From Mobula hypostoma (Eukaryota): a stretch of DNA of 64,000 nucleotides. This document shows, one piece after another, positions 1-12,834 of this stretch (the stretch's first letter is position 1; every line of letters begins with the position of its first letter). The notes beneath the pieces were generated by a model that saw nothing but the letters and a program-made list of their open reading frames with translations, was not told the DNA's origin and made no database searches. The position numbers were made by a program, and so were the translations under genes. The stretch spans positions 70,184,001 through 70,248,000 of the forward strand of contig NC_086106.1 of assembly GCF_963921235.1 (NCBI RefSeq), written 5' to 3'.

Positions 1-2083
1 TGGAGCTGCAGTTCAATGACATTCGGCTCATATGGGAGGCTGAGGAAATAATAGATAGAAGCTACAGAGAGTTAATCACTCCTAGGTTGCAGGAGGCAGG
101 TAACTGGGTGACTGTCAGGAGAAGGAAGGGAAATGGGCAGGCGGTACAGAGTACCCTTGTGGACTTTTCCCTCAATAACAAGTACACTGTTTTGGATAGT
201 GTTGAGGGGAATGACCTACTCGGTAGGACCCACAACTACCGGTTCTCTGGTACTGAGTGATGCTGTGGCTGAGAAGAGAAGAGATATGAAAAGGATTGCA
301 GTAGAGATAAGAGCTTCCATAGTTAGAGGAATAGAGATGAGATTCTGTGTATGTGATAAGGACAGCTGGATGGTATGTTGCCTCCCAGGTGTCTGGGTCA
401 GGGATGGTTAGGATCAGGTCCACGCATTCTAAAGGGGAGGGGGGAGTGCGGTAAGCAGCCAGATTACTTGGTACCTACTGGCACCAAAGTAGGAAAAGTG
501 AGGAGGTCCTGAAGAGAGATTTTAGGGAGCTAGGCAGAAAGCTGAATGGCAGAACTGTCAGGGTAATAATCTCTGGATTGCTGCCTGTGCCATGTGTCAG
601 TGAAGGTAACAATTGAATCATTTAGCATTTAAATGCGTTGCTGAGGAACTGGTGTAGGGGGCAGAGGTACACATTTCTGGAACATTGGGATCTCTTCTGG
701 GAAAGGTATGATCTGTATAAATAGGACTGGTTACCACATGAACCCGAGGGTGACCAATATCGTTGAATGCAGGTTCGCTAGAGCTGTTCGGGAGGGTTTG
801 AATGAAATTGGCAGGGTGTTTAGGAACCAGAGTGATGAGGCTGAGGATGGGGCAGTTGGTTTACAAACAAAGGCAGAGTGTAGTAAGACTGCCAGCAAGA
901 GCAGGCAGATAATGTGCAAAATGGCAGTCAACAAAATGGCTGGAATTTCTGAGAGCAATTCTGAAGGTGTAGGATAGAAGGTAACAGCAGAAGGCAACTA
1001 AAAGTCATGCAGAGAGAAAAAAGGAAATATTGAGATAGCTAATAATTTTAAAGACAATACCAAAAGATTCTTCAAACATATAAATGTTAATAGAGAGTCA
1101 AGGGTAGATATCAGACAATGCTGGAGAGGTAGTAACGAGATACAAAGCAATGGCTTCAGTCTTCACTGTGAAAACACTAGCAGTATGCCAGAAATTCAAG
1201 GGTGTCAGGAGTCGGAAGTGATTGTAGTTGTCTTCACTAGGGAGAAGGTGCAGGGAAGTCAATAAATCTCATGGACCAGATAGTCTACCTTTGGGCTTCT
1301 GAAAGAGGAGACTGGAGATTTTGTGGATCAATAGATTCTGGCATGGTTCCAGAGGACTTTTTTGCCACAGGGCAATTTACAATGACCAATTAGCCTATTA
1401 ACTGGTAGGCCTTTGTAATGTGGGAGGAAACTGGAGCAGCCGGTGACATTCCACACAGTCACGGGGAGAATGTACAAATTCCTGACAGGCAGTGGCAGGA
1501 ATAAAAGCAAGGATGTCATGTTGAAGCTTTACACGGCACTGATGAGGCTTCACTTAGAGGTTTTTACTTTCTGTGTCCACTATCCAAGAAAGGATGTGCC
1601 GACATTGCAGAGGAACTTCACTAGAATGATTCTGGCAATTAAAAGGGTTACCATATAATGACCGATTGATGGCTCTTGGTACTCACTGGAATTCAGAACA
1701 GTGAGGAGGGATCTCATTGAAACTATCAAATGTTGAAAGGCCTCAATAAAGTGGATATGGAGAAGATGTTTCCTGTGGTGGGATAGTCTAGGACCAAAGG
1801 GCACAGCATCAGTATAGAGAGATATCCATTTAGAATGGAAATGAGTAGGAATTTCTTTAGCTAGAATGGTGAATCTGTGGAATTTGTTACTACAGGTGGC
1901 TGTCATTGGGTATATTCAAGTTAGAGGTTGATAGATTCTTGACTTGTCAGTGCATGAATAGTTATGAGGAGAAGGCATGAGTTTGGGGCTGAGAAGGAGA
2001 TGGATCAGCATGAGATGGTGGAGCAGGCTCAATGGCCCAATGGCCTAATTCTGCTCCTATATCTTATAGTCGTATTGTCCTAT
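1..2083 (+). mobile_element. Decayed CR1 LINE (ORF1 esterase region, ORF2 fragments, 3' tail), interrupted by a V-SINE
   Basis: ORF1-like SIVRG..RFC..D...MVCCLPG and DGYHMNPR. RT C-terminal remnants KDVMLKLYTALMRLHLE. CR1 tail ...aatggcctaattctgctcctatatcttatag. Many stops and frameshifts. Confidence 0.85.
1367..1502 (-). mobile_element. V-SINE (HE1-like) fragment
   Basis: Reverse complement reads tttgtacattctccccgtgactgtgtgg...ctccagtttcctcccaca, the V-domain consensus. Confidence 0.8.
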
Positions 2084-2169
2084 GTTAAGTGTCCTATTTC
2101 TGGGTACTTCTGGGTAGACCACAAAATTATTTATTTCACTCTTTTAATCTATTTTTCATCTTTAATGTG

Positions 2170-2841
2170 TTTATAGACTTGTTAGGGCCTGTAATTTGCG
2201 GTTTGGAAGTCGATTGAGTTATCCAGCATTTTGCTGTCTCCAAGAAGATACCAGGAAGCAGTGAGTGTGAGCCTCAAGGTGAAGAAATTACAAGATGGGG
2301 TGTGCGCCGCTTTTCGACTGTATTTTGCCAGTTAATGCTTCCTTTATTTGCCAATGAAAAGGCAAGGGAGATTGAAACGTCAAGGTGAATGTGGAAGGGG
2401 GGCGCCGACTACCTGCCTTTTATTCGCTGGTGGGATCACTCTGTTGCTTTAGAAGGAGAGTGTGCGGACTATTGCTGTGCCTGGAGGCAGGTCTCTGCAT
2501 TTAAGTGATGTTTCTCTCTTTCGATGATGTGGAGGATGTTACAGAGGCATTGTGTTTATGGATTGGGACTGTGGACTATGGACTTTTTCAGACTTATGGT
2601 TTTTACATTCTGTGCTTTTGCCCGTTCTTCTTTGTTTCTTTTTGTGCAGGGGGAGGGGTTTTGTGGGGGTTGATGATCATGTTGCTGGTCTTTTTTCTGT
2701 CCTGGGGAGTGGGTTTGGTGTTTCTCTTTGAACGGACTTCCATGTTTTTTTCTTTAGTTCATGGCTAGCTGGAGAAGAAAAAATTCAAAACTGTATTCTG
2801 TATACATACTTTGATCGTAAATGAACTTTTGAGCCTTTGAA
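2170..2841 (+). mobile_element. Non-coding retroposon with Rex1-like 3' tail
   Basis: Ends tgtatacatactttgatcgtaaatgaacttttgagcctttga, like the tails at about 15835, 53935 and 63845. No coding capacity. Confidence 0.55.
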
Positions 2842-3749
2842 TGTCATGGTCCGGTCCGTGAAGTCCGTATTCCGGTTCACGGTCCGGTCCATCGACCCTT
2901 GCTACAGGTTTTCCTGTCTACCCTGTTTCTGTTCTTGTTGAGCTCTAATTGAGGCAGCTGATGCTCGTTGGGGCTGACTGCATAAATACCTTCAGAGACC
3001 AGGGCGTGGCGGCTGGATTGTTCTTGTCCTTGTATCCCTTCCTCTGCCTTCTGTTTCCTCGCCTGAAGCCCTGCTTTGTCTTGTCGGTAATTCTCGCCTT
3101 GCCTGAAGTTCTCGTCTCGCCTTGCTTTGCCAGAAGCCTTGCCTTGTCTTGCTGTCTTGTCCTGGAGTCACCCGGTACCTAGCTCCTTTCCTGTCCCTTG
3201 CCTCCGCCCAGGTAAGCCAGGCCGTTTTGCCGTTACCTGCGGTTGGTTCTGTCCCTTCCTGTCCCTTGCCTCTATCGGGTGGTGATCCACGCCCTGCCCA
3301 GGAGTACTGCGCCCTGCCCAGGAGTACCGCGCCCTGCCCAGGTGAACCGCGTCCTGTCCTGGAGAAACCTGCCTATCCTCAAGCCTGAAAACTGCTGCCT
3401 CCTGCCTCCTGCCAAGCCTCGCCTCAAGCCTGAAGACTCAAGTCTCCTGCCTCCTGCCAAGCCTCGCCTCAAGTCTCTAAGACTCCAGCCTCATCCTGCC
3501 TGCCAGCCAAGCCTTGTCCTTGCCTGGTTCTGGGGTCCAAGCCAGAGGCAAGACCCAGGTACTGGGTCCTTGTCCAATCTCTGGCTCGGAGTTCAAGCCC
3601 GGGCTCCTAGCTCTTTTATCCAGTCCTGTTCCGGCTTCCCAGTTTTCCTGTCCATGTCCCTGTCATTGTGCTGTATCCTAGTCCTGTCGCTAGTACTTCA
3701 GTGTCTGTGTCTTGCACTTGGGTCTGTTCCCAGCCACCGCCTTATGACA
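2842..3749 (+). mobile_element. Solo LTR (Gypsy-like), 908 bp
   Basis: TGTCAT...ATGACA termini. Perfect 5-bp TSD TTGAA (2837-2841 / 3750-3754). Confidence 0.88.
3289..3472 (+). repeat. Tandem repeats inside the solo LTR (20-bp unit x about 3; 45-bp unit x about 2)
   Basis: gccctgcccaggagtac(t/c)gc and cctcaagcctgaa...ctcctgcctcctgccaagcctcg are each repeated. Confidence 0.85.
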
Positions 3750-6700
3750 TTGAAGTAGAGTAAGTCTACATTATTTCAAGTAAAGCAGAACGTGAAAGAA
3801 CATGTTTCAAAAGATAATGTTCCTAAATAACTTTAAAAAGGTAAGGTTTACAATTTTTCCTCTTATTGCTATGTCTAGACCCTAGAATTACAGTTCCAAG
3901 TTAAAGCTTTACATATTATGTTTAAAATGAAGATAAATCACTTCACTTCAAAGGTTATGAATCTATGGACTTCTGAATCCATGGGATTTCCATTTAGAAT
4001 GTCCTATAATCCCTCATACCAAGTTCAGTAAAGAACTTCCTGCTAGTCTTCACCACATAAGTCCAGTCAGATATCTAGAGCATCAAAAACTCACTTCTCT
4101 CCCAACTCCTGCAAAAATATTCATAACCAACTCAAGTTCTCCTAGAAATCTGATGGCACCAATCTTATTCAAATGTTCCATGGCATTCCACTGTGCAGAA
4201 TGTTATCAAGAAAAACACGATGGGTTGATACAACATTCCTAATCTGATCAAGTGACTCCTTAGCTTAGCAGAAACCAAAATACTGGGCTGTAAAGATTGA
4301 TTAACAGAACACACTGCATTTTACAGAAAAGCTACAGAAATTAAAAATATCCAACAGCATATCTGTAGTAATACAATAAAACGTGTTCTTAACCAAGGTA
4401 TTATACCTGCTTAGAGGTGAAAATTTTCAGTCACACATCCCCACGCTTCATTGTCCACATCTGGTTAGATGTGGATGTACCAGCAAAGGCTATAATCATG
4501 ATCATCTTTAAGGAAAGATACAAGTATTATCTGTGGTAACCACTGTGGATGTTCATTGCAGCTGGGCACAGGAAGAAATATTATGAAGTTCTTCTCAACC
4601 ACCTCCTCCCAATGACGAAATTGGTTCTGTTCACCAAGAGACACAGTGGACTTAATCTTCTCTGTGTAAAATGTTCAAGAAATTTCCATCCCATTTTCAG
4701 TTAAAGGGAGTTCATTGGCTGCACAAAGCCTTTGACACCATCCAAATTTAGTCCTCTTTTCTCTTTCCACAGATTTGGCCTGACGTGCTGAGGATCTTCT
4801 ACTTTTGTTTTAGATTTCCAGCATGTGTTTTTTCCTTATAATTTTTGAAATACAGCTAATTTCAGTGATTTGGGTGCAAAACTTTTGCCTCACATTTCTC
4901 TCCATCCTTCATTCCATGATACTGCATCTCATCTTCAACAGCCTTCCTGCAGGTGAAGAGATAATCTACAGATGAATGGTAAACTATACTGACCACTCTG
5001 TTACCCAAACTCTGGGTGTGATTGGGTCTTCCTTCTTACAAAGAAGATAACCAAGGCAAAACTACCATAAAACAAAAGTAGAGCTTACTGGAAATACACA
5101 GCAGGTCAAAACAACTCCTGTACAGAGAGGAGCAGAGTTAATTCAGGACAATGATCTCTTATCAGAAGCAATAAAACATCCTTCATGAACGCATTCCAAA
5201 GTATGGCAATGTATGGTACAAAAGATCAAAACTCATACCACACAGTACCCTCAGTTGATGTTATATTAACATTCAGATAAAGCAAATACTAGACATCCTT
5301 TGAAAATAACATAATAATTACTGGAGAATGAAAACAATATTCTGCAAAATTGAACTGAAATTGTTCTAGGATGAATAGCTGCTGAAAGGACTATCCATAC
5401 AATATTAATGTGCTGGATTTTCAGAAAATTATATATAGAAAATTTCTTATCTCCCAATGCATTATTTGTGTTCTATTAATTGCAAATTAGATGTTATAAA
5501 AGGCTTGCTAAATCATATTTTTTTAGGTTACAGCTCATTAATAGCTGATGGATGCCACATTCAGTAGAAAGATAGTTATGCAGCATTGCACAATTTAGAG
5601 GAGAAATGCTCAATTACTGAAGATATTCCAAGAAAACCAATTCCCAGGTGCCATTACTATTGCTTTCCCCAATGTTTTCTTTGATTCCTGCATCTAACAA
5701 GAATGTTGCTTTTGTTCTTCCTTTGCAGAAAAAGTATGACACTCCAATACATTTGCGCAAGCTGACAAACAATTTGTTCAAACATGGAAAGATATTTTAT
5801 ATAAATTAGTAAATAATTCTCAGCCTCAAGGGAAGCTGCCTAACCAAAAACGATGAACAGATAATTAGGCAATGCATTTCTAATTGCTGCAGCACATCTC
5901 CAGAGACTTGCTCCTGGGCATCTGTTTATATCCATGAAATATGATCCATTGTAAATAACAAGCATATTTTCTCTCCTTAAATTCTTCCAAAATGTATTCT
6001 TCATATTTATGTATTTACCGATGCAGCAGACTTTATTTGTGGTGAAGTGGCAATGTTAATTGCAGAAAGAAAAAGTGCTTTATTCTGCTAATTTACCAAT
6101 TAATTCCAAAGCATTGGCTACTAAAATTTGCAATTGCTTGCATCCCTGTTAAGAAAATAACCCTCCATTTATGACAGATTGATGTCATTAAACCTTATCT
6201 CTTCCATTCTAAATGCTGTGTTGGATGTACAGAGATTTTAAATACTTGAAATGTTTAGACAAGAATATGCTCCTAAATTAAATTAGGTGGAGTACGGCAC
6301 TGAGAGCATCACTAAGTCGTGAATGAAAGAAATTCACACCTGGGAGCTTAACATCCGAAGATACACATGCATCAAAGGGACTGGCAAGTGGGCAGAGGGT
6401 ATAAATTGAAATCAAAAACTTAGAAAGAAGTGACATAGAATCAGATGATGCAGAATGTTTGTGGGAAGAGGTCAGAAACTGCAAGGGAAAATAGACCCTG
6501 ATGAGAGTTACATACACGCATTCAAGCCAGGATGCGGGGAACAAATTAAAATGTGAGATAGAAAAAGCATGTCAAAATGCAATGTTACGGTGGTCATGGG
6601 GGTTTTCAATATTCAGGTAGATTGGGAAAATCCAGTTGCTCTGGGTCCCAAGAGAAGGAATTTATAGAATACCTACAAGAAGGCTTTTTAGTACTGCTAG

Positions 6701-6899
6701 TGCACTTTGAAACTCAGAAGTTAAAATTGCATGTATTGGTATTACATTGGAGTAAAGGAGCTATAAGTGCGAGGAGCTAGCCAAAGTTGAGTGGACGGTG
6801 ACACAAGCATGGATTACAATAGAGCAATAATGGCTGGGGTGACTGGGAATAAATTGGAAGCCGCAAGATGAGTTTATCCCAAAGAAGATGAAGCAGTCT

Positions 6900-7133
6900 G
6901 GGAGCCTGGTAGTGTAGTGGTTAGCACAACACTGTTACAGATTAGGGCGTCAGGTTCATTCCGATGTCATCTCTAAGGAGTTTGTACTTCCCTGTGAATA
7001 CGTGGGCTTCTTCTGTGTGCTCCAGCTTCCTCCCACTGTCCAAAGACGTACAGGTTAGTAGGTTGGTTGTTGTAAATTGGGGTTAAATTGGTGTGTTGCT
7101 AGTAGCACAGTTCAAAGGGCCAGAATGGCTGAC
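6900..7133 (+). mobile_element. V-SINE (tRNA-derived head plus V domain); 3' remainder displaced to about 8926-8951
   Basis: A box TAGTGTAGTGG, B box GGTTCATTCC, V domain gctccagcttcctcccactgtccaaagacgta. Tail tatctctaaataaa reappears near 8940. Confidence 0.8.
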
Positions 7134-8925
7134 AGTACTGTGTCAAAGTCTTAGGCACATATATAGAGCCTATCAAAAGTATTCACCTCCTCTTGGAAGT
7201 TTTCATGTTTTATTGTTTTACAGCATTGAATCACAGTGGATTTAATTTGGCTTTTTTGACACAGATCAACAGAAAAAGACTGTTATGTTGGAGAAAACAG
7301 ATCTTGACAAAGTGATCTAAATTAATTACAAATATAAAACATAAAATAATTGATTGCATAAGTATTCACCCCTTTAATATTACACACCAAATCATCGCTA
7401 GAGCAGCCAATTGGTTCCAGAAGTCACATAATTAGTTAAATTGGATCTGTTTTTGGAGAACTGTGTGTAGTCAAGGTGTTTCAATTGATTGTAATAAAAA
7501 TACACCTGCATCTGGAAGTCCAACTGTTGATGAGTCAGTATCCTTGCAAAGATTACACCATGAAGGCAAAAGAACATTCCAAGCAACTCTGCAGAAAAGT
7601 TACTGAAAAGCACCTGTCAGGTGATGGATGTAAGAAAATTTCCAAGTCGCTGAATATCCCTTGGAGTACAATTCAGACAATCATCAAGAAATAGAAAGAA
7701 TATGGCACAGCTGGAAATCTGTCCAGAGCACTGAGTGACTGTGCAAGAAGGGGACAAGTGAGGGAGGCCATTGAGAGACCTATGACAGCTCTGGAGGAGA
7801 TCCAAGTTTCAGTGGTTGAGATGGGAGACACTGCACATACAACAACTGTTGTCCAGGTGTTTCACCAGTCACAGCTTTATGGGAGAGTGGCAAAGAGAAA
7901 ACTACTGTTGAAAAACTTATATGGAATCTCAGCTAGAGTTTGCCACAAGGCATGTGGAACTCTGAAGTCAGGTGGAAGAAGGTTCTATGGTCTGATAAAA
8001 CCAAAATTCAATGTTTTGGCCATCAGATTAAACACTATTTGGCATAAGCCAAGCACAACACATGATAAAAAAAAACTCACCATTCCTATTGTGAAGCATG
8101 GTGGTGGCTGCATAATGCTGTGGCAGGTCCTGTTGCATCACTGTAGAAGGACCTGGAAGGCTTGTGAAGGTAGAGGGTAAAATGAATGCAGCAAATACAG
8201 GGAAATCCTGGAGGAAAACACAATGCAGTCTGTAAGAGAACTGCAATTTGGGAGATTTGTTTTCCAGCAAGACAATGATCCCAAGCATAAAGCCAAAGCT
8301 ACACAGCAGCAGTTTAAAAACAACAAAGTTAATGCTCTACAATGGCCAAGTCAGAGTCCAGACCTCAATCCAACTGAAAATTTGTGGCTGAACTTGAAAA
8401 GTGCTGTTCACTCATGATCCCCATGCTACCTAACAGAGCTTGAGCAGTTTTGTACAGACCAATGGGACAAATTGCAGTGTCCAGATGTGCAAAGCTGATA
8501 GTGACCTATCCACACAGACTCAAGGCTGTGATGGTAAACCATTATTCTGATATGGGTCCCAATTGTGGACTGAGACTGGGAAAGGAGCAGGGAGAGAGGA
8601 ATCATGGTTGAGAAAAGGGGAAGGGAGAGGGAAGGGCTTGGGAAGCATTATCAAGGCATTCTGTAATAATAAATCAATTGTTTGAAATCAAATGACCTTG
8701 CCTAGTGTCTCAGAGCTGGGTGTATCTGCACTCATGCTACCCACCCGCTCCTGCCTCTCCTTCTCTGTCACCTGTCCCACTCGCCTCCCACAGTGCTCCA
8801 CCCTCGCCATTCCTAACATTCTTTGCTCCTCCAGATTTACAAACTTACTCTCTGCCTCAAGTTGACAAATACAGTACTGTGCAAAAGTTTTGGGCACCCC
8901 AGCCTCAGACTTTCTCACAGTCCAA
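7134..8925. mobile_element. Non-autonomous Tc1-family element with CAGTACTGTG termini, hosting a Tc1 insertion
   Basis: cagtactgtgtcaaagtcttaggcac at 7134. Palindromic cagtactgtgcaaaagttttgggcac...cagactttctcacagt at about 8872-8921. Splits the V-SINE. Confidence 0.55.
7164..8530 (+). mobile_element. Tc1 (IR/DR-type) DNA transposon with decayed DD34E transposase (ATG 7560); right TIR missing
   Basis: Left TIR agagcctatcaaaagtattcacc after TA, with inner DR aagtattcacccc near 7360. Motifs [55 protein letters not shown]. Confidence 0.92.
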
Positions 8926-8983
8926 TATACCACACACTATCTCTAAATAAATCGAAGGAAGGCTGAGGCAGTGGTTGACAAGA

Positions 8984-9177
8984 ACTGTTCCCTCTAAGCT
9001 ACACAGGTGTGTAAATGTGCAGTAACTGAACTGCTCCTGTGCACTTAGTCTTTGTTATTGTGCAGCTGTAATTTTCTGTTCTATAATGTGCCACACAGTT
9101 TTTAGACCATATAAAAGTGTCCTGCTCAGAACCATAGTTGGTCGGTGCAGCTGTGAAATAAAATAGAGAGAACATAC
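8984..9177. mobile_element. hAT-family MITE
   Basis: Termini actgttccctctaa ... tagagagaacata. Flanked by a degenerate duplication of host CR1 sequence (tgacaag / cgaccag). Confidence 0.6.
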
Positions 9178-9602
9178 CGACCAGGGAAGTCAAAGACAGC
9201 AGATAAGTAAAAGAGAGGGCATACAATAATAACAAGTATTGATGGGAAGCTAGAGGATTGGGAAGCTTAAAAAAAGGCAATTAAAAAAGTGAGAATGAGA
9301 GGTAACTTGATAGAAGTGTACAATTTGACAAGAAGCATAAATCTTATGGATTGACTGCTTTACGGAAGGTAAAAAGTGGGAGTAAAGGGAGCTTTTCTTG
9401 TTGAATCCTGGTGGCACTCTGTCAAGGTTAGGGTTGGGTACACTATAGTTCACATTATACGTGAATAATCTGGACGATGGAATTGATGGCTATGTCGCCA
9501 AGTTTGCAGATGATGCAAAGAAACGTGGAGGAACAGGTAGTGTTGAAGAAGTTGAGAGCATGCAAAAGGAATTAGACAGATTAGGAGAATAGGCGAAGAA
9601 GT

Positions 9603-9745
9603 GATTCAAAGATTCAAAGAATCAAAGTACATTTATTATCAAAGTACCTATGCGACACATAACCCTGAGATTTGTCTTCTCACAGGCAACCATGAAGCAA
9701 AGAAAAAACATTGATCCCTTTTAAAGGAAAGCATCAAACCCAAAA
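9603..9745 (-). mobile_element. Rex1-type 3' tail fragment
   Basis: Reverse reads tttgataataaatgtactttgattctttgaatctttgaatc. Confidence 0.6.
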
Positions 9746-9959
9746 GCAATTGGAATACAGTGTAGGAAAGTACATGGTCATGCACTTAGGTAGAAGGAAT
9801 AAAGGCATAGACTATATCCTAAATGGGAAGAAAATTCAAAAATCAGAGATGCAGGGAGACCTGAGAATCCTCGTGCAGAATGCCTTAAAGGTTAACTTGT
9901 AAGTTGAGATGGTAGTGAGGAAAAGAATGTAATATTAACATTCACTTTGAAAGGAACAG

Positions 9960-10206
9960 TGCCTTGCTTTTAGTTAGCTGCACGGTGGGTTTTTTTTGGG
10001 GGTTTTTTTTTTCTTTTTTTTCCATTGATATATATAAAATTTAGTATACTATTATGTTATCTTGGTTTCTTATGCTTAAATTACATTGTTTGTAGTATTT
10101 TCTTTTTGGTATTGTTATCTTTTGGAATTTTATTATACTTTAACATTGTATTAATGTTTATATGGCTTACCTTTTTTGTATACTTACTCAATAAAAAGAT
10201 TTAAAA
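9960..10206 (+). mobile_element. 5'-truncated L1/Tx1-type 3' end
   Basis: T-rich UTR, AATAAA, short A tail. Perfect 11-bp TSD GAAAGGAACAG (9949-9959 / 10207-10217). Confidence 0.75.
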
Positions 10207-11099
10207 GAAAGGAACAGAATATAAAACCAAGAATGTAATGCTGAGTCATCATAAGGCATTGATGCGATTGCATTTGGAGTATTGTGAGCAGTTTTACGCC
10301 CATGTCTAAGAAAGGATGTGCTCGAATTAGAGAGGGCCCAGAGGATGCTCATGAGAATGATCCTGAGAATGAGAGGGTTAACGCATGAGAAGCATTTGAA
10401 TGCTCTGGGCCTGCACTCACAGGAGTTAAAAAGAAAGACTGGTGGGGAGGAGGATCTCATTGAAACCTATCGAATATTAAAAAGCCTGGATAGAGTGGAT
10501 ATAGATAGAATAATTTCAATAGGGGCAAGTCTAGGATCAGAGGATTCAGTCTTAAAATAGAAGGATGTCCCATAGAACAGAGATGAGAAGGATTTCTTTA
10601 GCCAGAAGGTGGTGAATCTGTGGAATTTATTGTCACAGATGTCTGTGGAGGCCAAATCATTAGGTATACTTAAAACAATTGTTGATAAGATCTTGATTAG
10701 TAAGAGCATCAACGGTTACAAGGAGAATGCTGGAGAAGGAGAGTGAGAGGGAAAATAAATCAGCCATGACTGAATGTGGAGCAGACTCAATGGGCTGATT
10801 GAGCTAAATTTTTATAAAAATAAACACTAAAATACAAACAAAAACTACATGTATTTGTGTCCCGAATAATAATTAATATTTAGCACAGGACCTTATTAGC
10901 ACTGTAAAATATTTTAGAATATGTTATGAGATAGAAAAAGATAGATAGATGGAGAAAGAGAGAGAAAGAGAGATAGATATTTGTACATTGTGAGCATCTA
11001 TCCCATTTTCAATCATGTTTTATAAAACCAGTTTGTTTCTTATGGAGATAGAATGATTCTGAAATCGGTCTTTCTCTTTCTTCCACTTCTTCATCTTAG

Positions 11100-11241
11100 C
11101 AGCCTGTGGTTCCAAAGAGAACCAACAGTTCACAATATTGTATGGGTGCAGTAAATGACATTTTTGATTTGCATATCAAAAGCAACATAATTCATTTGAA
11201 TGGGTTCACTGACCTGAATGTAACATACTGTATATATGACG
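11100..11241 (+). other. Candidate host exon, product unknown
   Basis: Polypyrimidine tract plus TAG/CAG acceptor. One open frame (QPVVPKRTNSSQYCMGAVNDIFDLHIKSNIIHLNGFTDLNVTYCIYD). Consensus donor G|GTAAGT. Non-repetitive context. Confidence 0.35.
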
Positions 11242-11851
11242 GTAAGTGGTTTGATGTTTTCATTATAAAACATGAGCTGGGTCAAGCACAGCTCTGCCCA
11301 TTGCAGTGTTCTATCTGTTAATCTCAGCTATTGTAAATCATGAAGAACATTTATTTTTCATTAAAAAATAAACTGTTGGAGAAACCCAGTGAGTCAAACA
11401 GCATCCGTGGAGGAAAATATACACAATATTTTGGGTCAAGAACCTTCATCTGGAATTATATTTGGATTACGACCATTCAGTCTAGAATAAAGGTCTTCAT
11501 CTAAAACACACTTGTCCATTTCCCTTTACACAAGCCAAGCCTTCGAATTCCTCCAACTACATTCCATCATCTACAATCTCTTCTGTCACCTGCACTTTTT
11601 GTAATGAGATGTATAATATTCAGGAACTTATTGGCATTAATCTTAATATTAGTTATAGTATTTGATTAATTTTGAAAAGATATTTTACATTGACTTAATA
11701 TTGCTCACTGTTATCTGGAAGGTCTTTACATGTCATTCAATGCTACAGTATCTAACATGCAGTATCACAACATAGAAAGTGATATGAAAGCAATTTTTTT
11801 TTTGCTTGCTCTCTTCCATGTCACATAATAGACTGAATAACTGAGTAAATA

Positions 11852-12834
11852 TATATTAATGACTTGGATGAGGGAATTAAATGCAGCATCTCCAAGTTTG
11901 CGGATGACACGAAGCTGGGCGGCAGTGTTAGCAGTGAGGAGGATGCTAAGAGGATGCAGGGTGACTTGGATAGGTTGGGTGAGTGGGCAAACTCATGGCA
12001 GATGCAATTTAATGTGGATAAATGTGAAGTTATCCACTTTGGTGGCAAAAATAGGAAAACAGATTATTATCTGAATGGTGGCCGATTAGGAAAAGGGGAG
12101 GTGCAACGAGACCTGGGTGTCATTATACACCAGTCATTGAAAGTGGGCATGCAGGTACAGCAGGCGGTGAAAAAGGCGAACGGTATGCTGGCATTTATAG
12201 CGAGAGGATTCGAGTACAGGAGCAGGGAGGTACTACTGCAGTTGTACAAGGCCTTGGTGAGACCACACCTGGAGTATTGTGTGCAGTTTTGGTCCCCTAA
12301 TCTGAGGAAAGACATCTTTGCCATAGAGGGAGTACAAAGAAGGTTCACCAGATTGATTCCTGGGATGGCAGGACTTTCATATGAAGAAAGACTGGATGAA
12401 CTGGGCTTGTACTCGTTGGAATTTAGAAGATTGAGGGGGGATCTGATTGAAACGTATAAGATCCTAAAGGGATTGGACAGGCTGGATGCAGGAAGATTGT
12501 TCCTGATGTTGGGGAAGTCCAGAACGAGGGGTCACAGTTTGAGGATAGAGGGGAAGCCTTTTAGGACCGAGATTAGGAAAAACTTCTTCACACAGAGAGT
12601 GGTGAATCTGTGGAATTCTCTGCCACAGGAAACAGTTGAGGCCAGTTCATTGGCTATATTTAAGAGGGAGTTAGATATGGCCCTTGTGGCTACGGGGGTC
12701 AGGGGGTATGGAGGGAAGGCTGGGGCAGGGTTCTGAGTTGGATGATCAGCCATGATCATAATAAATGGCGGTGTAGGCTCGAAGGGCCGAATGGCCTACT
12801 CCTGCACCTATTTTCTATGTTTCTATGTTTCTAT
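11852..12834 (+). mobile_element. Young 5'-truncated CR1 LINE
   Basis: Uninterrupted RT C-terminal ORF. Tail (TTCTATGT)n. 7-bp TSD GTAAATA (11845-11851 / 12835-12841). Confidence 0.95.
11864..12736 (+). CDS. CR1 ORF2 reverse transcriptase C-terminal fragment (5'-truncated, 290 aa)
   Basis: SKFADDTKLGG, WQMQFNVDKC, LYKALVRPHLEYCVQFWSP, RTRGHSLRI, FFTQRVVNLWNSLP. Confidence 0.9.
   Translation: MDEGIKCSISKFADDTKLGGSVSSEEDAKRMQGDLDRLGEWANSWQMQFNVDKCEVIHFGGKNRKTDYYLNGGRLGKGEVQRDLGVIIHQSLKVGMQVQQAVKKANGMLAFIARGFEYRSREVLLQLYKALVRPHLEYCVQFWSPNLRKDIFAIEGVQRRFTRLIPGMAGLSYEERLDELGLYSLEFRRLRGDLIETYKILKGLDRLDAGRLFLMLGKSRTRGHSLRIEGKPFRTEIRKNFFTQRVVNLWNSLPQETVEASSLAIFKRELDMALVATGVRGYGGKAGAGF

Larger units (their letters stand above)
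6270..10810 (+). mobile_element. Decayed CR1 ORF2 (endonuclease to RT to 3' tail) carrying several nested insertions
   Basis: Endonuclease-like segments 6290-6890. Resumes about 8955. RT motif AKFADD near 9495 and C-terminal DLIETYRILKSLDRVD. Tail near 10800. Confidence 0.85.

Noticed and set aside
3289-3472. Short repeated units resembling a CRISPR array
   Set aside because: Tandem units without unique spacers, inside a vertebrate LTR, with no cas genes.
3243-3758. 171-aa Pro-rich ORF
   Set aside because: Lies within a solo LTR and is kept open by GC-rich tandem repeats. No protein motifs.
5527-5860. Splice-acceptor-like sites at about 5527 and 5728
   Set aside because: Downstream frames hit stops or lack a compatible donor.
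6900-6965. tRNA gene
   Set aside because: A/B boxes are the head of a V-SINE. No complete cloverleaf.
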